A stretch of DNA of 58,348 nucleotides, counting the filler, from Circinaria calcarea (taxonomy: Eukaryota): the NCBI GenBank assembly GCA_051942165.1. It is 3 parts of 3 records of this genome, joined end to end, with 100 filler letters (N's around TTAATTAATTAA, not from the genome) between each part and the next. Parts side by side here need not be neighbours in the genome. Positions count along the whole stretch, not along the records: positions 38,972 to 58,348 come from JAVECS010000210.1; 2 more parts are not named here. One strand, written 5' to 3'. Numbering within the stretch: position 1 is the first letter of the stretch; every line of letters begins with the position of its first letter. Positions 48,328 to 58,348 of this stretch are shown piece after piece. The translations under genes were made by a program, and so were the position numbers. Under the pieces are notes generated by a model, which was not told the DNA's origin, searched no databases, and was given only the letters and a program-made list of their open reading frames with translations.

Positions 48328-49530
48328 ATGCGTCTTCACCTCGTTGCCCTCTCGTTGTCGATGCTTGCGTCGTTCCAAGTGGAAGGGTATCCAGGTCCGC
48401 AAGGATGCTCTGGCGTTTGTGGCTATATCCATGACCCCTATGTCATCAAACGTGCCGACGGTACCTATTTCAGATTTGCGACGTTCGAGAAGATTCAGAT
48501 CGCGACTGCTCCCGCGCTTATAGGTCCTTGGACCGAGCAAGGGCCAGCCCTGCCTGGCGGCTCTGTGATCCCACTCCCGGGTAACATGAGTCTTTGGGTA
48601 CGTCCCTAAGATTGTGCTACATATTTGATTTTGTGCCGTCATTGCACAATCATTGGCAAAATCCCTGCCGTTCTCACTACTTTTACCTTGGCTTTGGCCG
48701 CGAGAGCCCAGCTAAACCATTCTCGAGCAATAATACGACTGACCCCGTCATGAGCATAGGCACCGGACGTTCATCTGGTAGGAGACACCTACTACCTGTA
48801 CTATGCCGTTTCCACCGGCGGTTCTCAGAATTCGGCCATTGGTGTCGCAACGTCCCCTTCGATGGACAGCGGAACATGGACTGATTACGGCTCGATCGGT
48901 CTTCCTCCCTCGCCCGACTACAATCTGATTGATGCGAACCTACTCATCGTCAACTTTGGTGAAGCGTACTATCTCTCGTTCGGCTCCTTCTGGCGCAACA
49001 TCTACCAGATCGAGATGGCGGATCCTGTGACAATAAAGGAAGGGGCGACCCCGTATCAGATCGACTACAACTCGACAGGCATTCATAACACCGAGGGGAG
49101 CTACCAATTCTGGTGGCCGACCAACGGAGTCAAGTACTACTACCTTTTCACTTCGGCTGGGGCCTGCTGTAACAGTGCCGGTAACCTTCCGCCTCCCGGT
49201 GACGAATACAAGATCATGATATGCCGATCCACCTCACCCAATGGGGGTTTCGTGGATAAAGATGGTACGGATTGCTTGACCGGTAGCGGTGGGACATTAC
49301 TCCTGGCTTCCCACGACAATGTTTATGCCCCCGGTGGACAGGGAGTTATGTACGACGATAAACTTGGCGCCCTAGTCCTATACTATCATTATGGTCTGTC
49401 CCGAGGTCTCCCTGACGTGACGTTGCTGACAGTCGCAGTGGATCCTACCATAGGATTTGGCGAGAAAGATTTCCAATTCGGTTGGAACTATATGGCGTTT
49501 GATGATGCCGGTTGGCCTCTTCTTATATAG
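48328..49530 (+). CDS. Secreted GH43 endo-1,5-alpha-L-arabinanase; exons 48328-48597, 48760-49393, 49439-49530
   Basis: Signal peptide followed by catalytic motifs HDP, LW|APD, IDAN and TEGS, plus SFGSFW, YAPGGQGV and YYHY|VD. Confidence 0.92.
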
Positions 49531-50277
49531 GAACTGTTTCCTGCAGCGTGAATGTATATAGCACAAGTCGTACCAGGAGACTTTCCCTTCAAGGGCCCGG
49601 CGGTGGCCTATCTGTATCCATGGTACGAACGAAATCTAAAGACTAATGCATTTAACGGAGTATAGCCATGAGATGGGCAACGTTGTCGTAGTTATTTGGT
49701 GCTAACGCTGATGTATCGGACAAGTCGTGCTCAAGTCTTTCCCACACTATAGATTGTCTACCGTGTATGTAGAGAGCGAAAAGTAGAGGATAGGGAATTG
49801 CTTCATGGATGAGATGTCTAGTGTCTGGTATCTATTATTAGGTACATTAAAACATGCTGGTAAGGAGTACCATAAGGTTTCGATCTACTCGTAGGCAGGG
49901 CTGAGCATGGGCGACAGGGATGATGTGCGCCGATACCCCTGTTTCTAGAATAGGATACTTGGAGCAGAGAATCGAAATAATAATGCGCCGCTGACAACCA
50001 AGGCAATTCAGCAACGTCCAGCCCTCTGATAATCCTGATGCTCGACCCACGATAGCTTGAGGCTCTGTCCTGGTCAGCTCTGTTTCTCAACTCTGTTCAC
50101 TAGAAGTAAGCACCAGGAGCTGCTAAATCACAGACGGAATTGGAGATCATGCAATACTACACGCAGCTAGCAGATGCGCTTACTTTACATTGAGGATAGT
50201 CATCTCCGCGATTGTCGATGACACTGAAGGCTTCACGATTCGGATAGTTACTCTCCGTCATTCGAGGCATCTCCAGC

Positions 50278-53200
50278 ATGTCTTCTAATCAATACAGCCC
50301 GCGGAATCCGTCGACACCCCCCCAGTCAATACCGTTGCAAGACCTTTCGCGGCCTCCTGATCTTCGTGCCGGCGACGAGGAATGGAGGAAGATTAGAAGA
50401 CAAGTCAGTGGGAGAGCTAGGGCGTTGCTGGGTAACAGGCAGTCGTTCCATGGACGAGTAAATACCGCTGGACGATATGAGCGTGTCGGGGAGGGATCTC
50501 CTCCGGATGCGAATCACAGTACGCTGAACGTGCCTCATATCACAACTCCGAGGGATGCCCATCAGCCAACGACTTTCTACGATGACGGGGAGCTTTCCCC
50601 CGTCAATCCAGGCGATTTCCAAGCGGCATTGGGCGGTGCAGTAGGACTGAGCTTCGGGGAACCTAGCCCCTCAAGACCATCAGATCATCCCACATCGCCG
50701 GTAGGGGGAGGAAGATCACCGCTCGGTATGATAGCGGAAGACGTCGCCGTTTCGCCTTTCAGCCACCCAGCGGAGTTTTCTGGACATGAGGTTGAAGACG
50801 GATACTTCCCACCCCCGACAGAGGAGGACCGGACACCACTGAGGGACGAAAGGTATCTGCAACCTATAAGTGGCTCACAGTTGTCAACTCCGTCAGGACA
50901 GCGTCATGATAGACATAGCTTCCGCAATTCACGAAATAGCCCTGGATCAAGGCTTGGGGACGATCTAGTGAATGTCGAGACCGGCTTGCGTACTCCTGGA
51001 GGAAGATCTGCACATCGGGCTTCGTCATACAGTACCCGATCTCTAACAAGATCTCTTTCTACAACAGCGAGCCCGCTTTCCAGTGCCGGTACAATGCTAA
51101 GAAAGATGTCGCAGCGGGTTGTGAATCTTAGCAATGAACCGGAAATCGTGGAGCAAACTATACGACGGCAGGCTTCGACTAGGCAGGCGAGAATGGAAGA
51201 ACCACCTTTGTTTCCTGCAATGGCAGGGTACGCTCACGACAATCCTACACCCCCGCCAATCGAAAAAGCACCTCCCCTGGTTTCTGTTGGACAGCCACGG
51301 GAAAAGTGGCAGCAGCAAGTGAACCCTTTGAAAGGCAAATCGCTAGGTATACTCAAGCCCAACAACAGACTCCGACTTTGGCTCTGCGAGCTGCTAGTCC
51401 ATCCCGCAACAGAGCCAGTACTCCTGATCCTCATTGTCATCCAGACCATATTGCTTGCCATTGATGCCGCTCCAGCGCTAGAATATGATCAACGGTCAAA
51501 GAGATGGGGTTCGTCGTGGATCGACAAAACGCTGCTGGTTCTTTTCATCATCTATTCTCTGGAGATTATCGCAAAGGTGATCGTTTCGGGTTTACTCAGA
51601 AATGCCGACGAGTACAGTACGTTGAACCAGGCACTTGGATTCAAAGAAGCATTGTATGAGCAGCTCCGCAGTTTATTCGCTCCTGAGGAACCGCAGGCGC
51701 AGGCTACGAAGAAGACGATTAATCGTGCGGATCCTCAATTGTCTATCCTACGATCCTTTACTACTATGCAGGCCGAAACTGATCAGCCTGGCCACTCCCG
51801 GCAGCAGCAACGTATACGTCTTGCCCGAAGGGCATTCTTGCGCCATTCCTTTAACCGACTTGACTTTTTGGCCGTGGTATCGTTCTGGATCTCGTTCGCC
51901 CTGTCGTTTCAAGGCATGGGCAAAAGTAAACTGGTGTATGTCTTTGAGATGCTTAGTTGCCTCCGGATCTTGAGGCTATTAAGCCTCACTAGTGGAACAT
52001 CGGTACGAAACTGCATAAGATATATATCTTCTAAGCTAATGGGATTAGGTAATCCTTCGAAGTCTCAAGAAAGCCGCACCGCTGCTTGTCAACGTTGCCT
52101 TCCTGATTAGTTTCTTCTGGCTGCTCTTCGCTATCATTGGAACTCAAAGCTTCAAGTCTTCTTTCCGTCGCTCGTGCGTATGGTTTGGTGACGATATAGA
52201 ATTAGTCAACAACGGAAGTCATTTGCCTGACTTCATCAACCGCTACGCTCAAAACGTAGCTCCACAAAATCTTCAGTTATGTGGCGGACATCTTGCAGCC
52301 GACGGGTCGGAGATGCCCTGGGTGAAATCCGATTTGACAACGCGTGGTGCTACGTCCCACAGAGGCTTCCTATGTCCGAAAAGGTCATTGTGTGTGGAGG
52401 ATCAGAACCCCTATAATAACACGGTCAGCTTCGATAACGTGCTACAGTCCTTGGAGCTTGTGTTCGTGATAATGAGCTCTAATACGTTCTCTGATTTGCT
52501 CTACTACACCATGGACAGTGATTATGCAGCTTCGGCGCTTTGTAAGTTACGGAAAGACAGACGACGACCCTCAGGCTGACTCTACATAGTTTTTGCTTTT
52601 GGAATCGTCTTTATGAGTTTGTGGTTAATGAATTTGGTACGATTGGCAATCTATCTCTCAAGGTTGAGCTATTCTAATCAGAATAGCTTGTTGCTGTCAT
52701 CACATCATCATTTCAGGTAATACGCGAGGAAAGCTCGGCAAGTGCCTTCACAACCGATGACCAGTAATAGGTGATGAGCTCTAAAGTTGGGGACCGCGAG
52801 GCTAAAGTACTTTTAGGTCCATTGTCTTGGAAGGCGAGGAGCGGCCAAAGCGGAGGACTCCTTTGAAGCGTGCTTACGACAAGACTTACTTTCTGTGGAT
52901 AATCATCATTGCTTTCAGTCTTGTGGTTCAAAGCCTCAGAACCTCTCACATGGGTCCTTCGCGTGAAAGATTTCTCGGTAAGTGATGTTCGCCTAAGCTA
53001 CCGCATAAGCACGGCTGATATATGGGTGTGTTTCTTTTCAGAAATTACTGAGATTGTTGTGACAATGATCCTTTTTCTGGAGATCCTCCTTCGCTTTGCC
53101 GCCGATTGGAGGAACTTCTTCAAAGGGAGAAGCAACTGGGTTGACTTGGCAATTGCTATAATAACCGCAATCATCCAGATACCTCCTATTCGGCACTCAG

Positions 53201-56200
53201 GTCAGCCATATGCATGGTTGACCTTCTTCCAAATTCTGCGAACATATCGAGTCGTCATGGCAGTGCCCTTAACGCGCGACCTCATCGTAAGCGACAGCAA
53301 GTCGTCACTGTGTAAGAATGCATGAGCTAAGAGTCCCAACAGATGACCGTCTTAGGCAACGTTACTGGTCTACTGAATCTGATAGTCTTCGTGTTCTTGA
53401 TCACCTTCCTCGCAGCCATCTTCGCGGTTCAACTCTTTCGCGGAGATGTTCCTCCGTTCGATGTGAACGGCGACTCTATCAATGTCACCTTCAAAGACAT
53501 CTACAACTCCTTCATTGGCATGTATCAAGTTTTATCGAGCGAAAATTGGACTGCTTTGATGTACAATGCTACGCAGTACGATCTACGCTGGAACACGGCA
53601 TGGATAGGTGCAATCTTCTTTGTGCTGTGGTTTATTCTTGCCAACTTTGTTATCCTGAATATGTTTATTGCCGTCATTCAGGAGAACTTTGATGTTAGTG
53701 AAGACCAAAAACGTTTGCAGCAGGTCAAGGCTTTCCTTCAACAGAAGGAACTTGTCGGATCAACACACGGTAACATTTCACTCGCGAGTATATTTAAACT
53801 CGGACGGGACAAAGGTCGTCATAGGGATGCCTTAGACTATGGGCCGGCGACAATAGAAATGTTCAAGGATGCCGTAGTTCGAGATTTTCTCGATGAGCAG
53901 ATGGAGACCCTCGACGAACATCTCCCGGGCGACGATAATCACGACAGTCCTTCTGGCGGTCAGGTTCAGCCTGGACTTCTGTCGACCCTTTGGAGCCGCG
54001 TCCTTGGTGTCCTTGGAAGTCGAGAACCAAACCCGTTCTACTCCCGCCTCAAATTTTCTCGAGCTTACGAAGAGCTTGATCCTCGAACATTAGCCAACGA
54101 AATCGCCTCAGCGACCGAGTCAAGAAAACTTGCTCAAAGGCAGTATCTGCAGGCACATCCACGTTACAATGTCTCATTATTCATCTTCAAACCTGCAAAT
54201 CCAATTAGAAGGTTTTGCCAGAAGTTCGTAGGTCCTGGAAGAGGTGGTCAACGAGTCGAGGGTATCGAACCCCTGAAGCCAGTCTGGTACACGTTTTCTA
54301 TCTTCATATACGCAAATGTAGTGGCTATGGTATTGCTTGCATGCTTTACCACCCCTCTCTACCAAAGACAATACTTTCGAGACTCCCCTAAAAGTGCAAG
54401 GAATTGGTTCGTATGGACTGATATGGGTTTTGCAGCGATCTTCACTATAGAAGCAGCGATCAAAGTCGTTGCGGATGGATTCTTTTGGACTCCCAATGCT
54501 TACTTTAGGGGATCTTGGGGCTTTATTGATGGCATCGTGCTGGTGACCCTATGGATTAATGCTGTCACTTCGCTCTTCCATCCCGGCGATGTCTCACGAG
54601 TAGTAGGGGCGTTCAAGGCATTGCGAGCGCTACGGCTTCTCAATGTCAGCGACAGTACACGGGACACCTTCCACTCAATTATCGTATTGGGAGGCTGGAA
54701 AGTGATTTCGGTAGGCTGGTTGCCGCTCCATGAGACTTGATAGCGCACTAAACTTACTACAGGCTGCGTTCGTGTCTCTCAGTCTCCTCATCCCATTCGC
54801 CATCTACGGGCTCAATTTATTCAACGGCCAAATGCTTACATGCAACGATACAAACTCAAATATCACTCAGCTGATTGACTGCACCGGGGAATTCAACAGC
54901 ACACCTTATAAATGGGAGGTGTTGGCGCCACGACAATACAGCAATCCTTACTACAACTTTGACAACTTTGGGAACTCGCTCTTCATACTCTTCCAGATTG
55001 TCTCCCAGGAGGGCTGGGTGGATGTCATGTGGTCCGCTATGGAAGCCGCAGGGCCGAATAACCAGCCCCAACCGTACCATTCCCAGGGAAATTCTGTTTT
55101 CTTCATCGTGTTTAATTTACTCGGATCCGTCTTTGTCCTAACGTTGTTTGTCTCTGTCTTCATGCGAAATTTCACCGAGCAAACAGGGGTTGCTTTCTTG
55201 ACGGCTGAGCAGCGTTCGTGGCTGGAACTGAGGAAGCTCTTACGGCAAATCTCCCCCTCAAAACGTCCATCGAACACACCAAATCAGCGCTGGAAGACAT
55301 GGTGTTACAGGGTTGCAGTAAAAAAACATGGGGGATGGCAGCGGAGTATTACAGCTGTCTTAATTGTCCACCTCATTCTACTCGTGATCGAATTTCACCC
55401 CGAAGTACCACTGTGGGAAACAATAAGAAGTACGTTGTCGAGAAAGTGGTTCATTGCGCAAAGTTACTGACCAGACCAATAGCATACCTTTTTCTCGGCT
55501 TCACTGTTGTTTACGTCGTTAATATCGTGGTACGGATTCAGGGTCTTAGCTGGAAGCGGTTCCGGCGGAGTTCTTGGGATCTTTACTCCCTTCTCGCGGT
55601 CACTGGAACCATTGTCTTTACCATCCTGCACTTAGCGAATGGGACCGAGAAGACTACGGTCTACAACCAGCTGCGCAAGCTATTCCTTGTATCCATCGCG
55701 CTTCTTCTTATCCCTCGCAACAATCAATTGGATCAGCTGTTCAAGACTGCAGCGGCCAGTCTAACAGCCATTGGAAATCTACTTGCCACTTGGTTTGTCT
55801 TATTCCTGGTTTACGCTATTGCTCTCACGCAAACGCTGGGTCTTACTCGCTTTGGATCTCTAGAATCGGCCAACCTTAACTTCCGCACAGTTCCCAACTC
55901 TCTCATCCTGCTTTTCCGAATGAGTTGCGGCGAGGGCTGGAATCAGATCATGGAAGACTATGCGCAGATAGAAAGTCCCTTTTGCGTAAATAAGGGCAAT
56001 TTCTATGAAAGCGACTGTGGGAGCGCTGCATGGGCAAGGACACTTTTCATTTCGTGGAACATAGTTAGCATGTATATTTTCGTCAGTATGTTTGTGTCTC
56101 TGATATTCGAAAGCTTTTCCTACGTGTATCAGCGGAGTAGCGGCCTTTCGGTGGTCAGTAGAGAAGAGATCCGTCGGTTCAAGCAAGCGTGGGCAACCTT

Positions 56201-57363
56201 TGATGCCGAGGGTAGTGGCTACATCTCTAAGGAGCAGTTCCCCAAGTTACTTGGAGTAAGTGATTTCTGTTGTGGGCGTTTGCGTCGCTAATCCTATTGC
56301 TCAGGAACTCTCTGGTGTCTTCGAAATGCGCATCTACGATGGCGATCACACCGTCGGCCGTATCCTCGAAAACTGCAAGGTTGACACGCGTGGCACGGAC
56401 ACCCCAGATGGAATTGTCCATGGCATCGACATTGCCAAGCTCAATAGATCTCTCAGCACGATCAATGTGTCTGAAGTTCGCCGCCGCAGAGCTAAACTCG
56501 AGCTTTTCTCCCAAGAGGTTCTCGTCTCCGCAGACCCCGATCGAGGCATTCCGTTCACCACCTGTCTCATGATTCTAGCCAACTACAACGTCATCACCGA
56601 TAAGAACAGTCTCCGCCTTGAAGAGTTCCTCCGACGCAGATACCGTCTCCAACGCGTACGAGAACAGGTCCGGCTCAACGTCATCAAAGGCTTTTTCGAC
56701 ACCCTCCACTTCTCGCGCGTTTTCCGTCGTTCCAAAGAGCTCCGCCATTCCGCTCGAATGATGACGGTACCCCAATTCCCCGTCCCAGAAATCTATGTCG
56801 AGGGTCAGGACTGGCACTCGCCTATCATCGACGTCTTTCCGCCCAGTCCAACCGAGGGTGTTTCCCCTATAGAAACGTCCCCCGATCGCGCAATCGGTCT
56901 GGGCTCGGGTCTTGGCACCAGTCCTTCCAGCCCCACGGGTCTACGGAACCGAGGCAACTCCTTTGGAAGTTCCCCATCTCGTTCCGAACGAAGCTACGAC
57001 GCCTCTCCTGTTCTGCGGCCGCGACGACCTTCCGAGCAAGACGAAGGCTTCGATCCCATCAGCATTGACGGCGCGGCTGATCTCACGTCGCTCGATACTT
57101 GGGCGGCTGGTGCTGCGAGAGCAGGTAGACATCAGAGACAGATTAGCGCCCTCAGTGCGACTAGTGCAAGCGGTCCTTCTACCGGTGAGAGGGACCGCGA
57201 CCGCGACCGGGAGCGAGAAAGGGTGAGAGATGCGAGAGCCGGAGGGGCGATCTCCGACGTGTTGGAGGTATTTGACAACTCGGCTTGGGGCGAGAGTATC
57301 CGGAGGAGCTTTACCATTCGCCGGCAGGGGACTCGGGGTAGGCGAAGGAGCGGGGAGGCTTGA
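50278..57363 (+). CDS. CCH1: High-affinity calcium channel subunit Cch1 (four-repeat voltage-gated-like channel); about 10 exons
   Basis: Four 6-TM repeats with S4-like segments (LRILRLL, FKALRALRLL). Pore loops are MSSNTFS, SSENW, SQEGW and CGEGW. An EF-hand-like FDAEGSGYISK follows. The ORF pieces are joined by short GT-AG introns (e.g. 52003-52048). Confidence 0.96.
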
Positions 57364-58348
57364 GCGGGAAATGGTTAGGGGTGAGGATGGGGGCATGGGC
57401 GGAGAAAGTGTGCATACCGGCGTTAATGGTTATGGGGCGATACACGGGGCAAGTTGGCAAAGGGAGGGGCGGAGTTCAAGGTTCTCTTTTACCTGTGGAA
57501 CAAAAGGACTTAGATTGGGAAGGGTGGTCGTTACCGGACTGATGCATTTTGCCGGCGCATTTTCCTGCTCTACTCGAATAGGTTGGAGGCATTCTGCCGA
57601 GAGCGGAATTTTTGAATTTCTTTTGGAAGTTTCAAATTGGTACTGTATTTTTGGTAATCCCTTGCCCTTTTCTTGTATCTTTTTCTTCCTTCTGCGCGCT
57701 TCTCTGTACGATAACGAGATGAGACGGAGATGAACATTGTGCATACTGCACCCCGGTCTCTCTTCTTCTCTGTACCTTCTCTGCTTATATACTCCGGTAC
57801 GAAGTAGGGAAGCAGCAAGATTCGGGCATATGGAAATTAGGTTCCGCAGATGCCTACTCATGCGCAGATGCAATTTAACCATTTTGGGAAACGTGAATGG
57901 TCGCAGTCATTCATGTGGTGGTCTAACGGTCGAACAATGTTCGTGAGCGGGTTGAGATTGCATCATTTGTGTATGGATGGCCCGGAGAACTCGGGGGGAA
58001 GAGATTCTCATGAACCCGGGTCCACGATTTCTATAACCCTTTTTGGCCATCGCCTCGTTTTCCCGCTGTTCCCCTCCGATTATTCTGAGAGCCGGAGGGG
58101 GAGGAAGAAGGTATATATGGAGGGAGAGGTAAAGCGGATAGGAATGGGTGATAATGGGTGGAGAATTGGTGGCTTGTTAGGGTTGCGAGAGTAGGGGAGA
58201 AGAAGGAGGGGGGAGAGGTGGGTGTGTGGGTGTGTGGGATGCTGAAACGTGATATGGTGTGGTTTGGGGGTGGGAGTGCGAACTATGGGGTATCTGCCTG
58301 TGGTGGGTGTTGGTGGTAGGGGTGACTGGAAGGTTTAGGGGAAGAGCA

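Noticed and set aside
52470..55940. Asn instead of Glu in the repeat-I pore loop of the calcium channel (N/E/E/E)
   Set aside because: This is the usual fungal Cch1 pattern, not a novelty.

Overview
Fungal (ascomycete, Pezizomycotina-type) nuclear DNA with short GT-AG introns. The window is three contigs joined by two artificial 100-nt N/TTAATTAATTAA linkers (19393-19492, 38872-38971). Contig 1 has an AT-rich RIP-like block abutting a 3-exon HeLo-like/NACHT/ankyrin NLR gene, a MITE-like inverted-repeat element, and SWC3-like, ABHD12-like, MTC4-like and NOP7 genes. Contig 2 has a transglutaminase-like gene and an AmdX/Adr1-type C2H2 transcription factor, then about 12 kb of gene-poor DNA with decayed SNF2-like ORFs and a degenerate LTR-retroelement remnant. 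Contig 3 has a truncated gene end, HEM25/SLC25A38, TRAPPC11, a UBTD/DC-UbP-like gene, a GH43 endo-arabinanase and CCH1. The most notable signals are: (1) one ankyrin repeat of the NLR carries a cluster of RIP-signature G>A changes relative to its neighbour; (2) the NLR's exon structure is modular; (3) local C-rich to G-rich strand-skew switches recur; (4) one LTR is flanked by both PPT-like and PBS-like sequence. All identifications come from reading motifs by eye; no searches were run.
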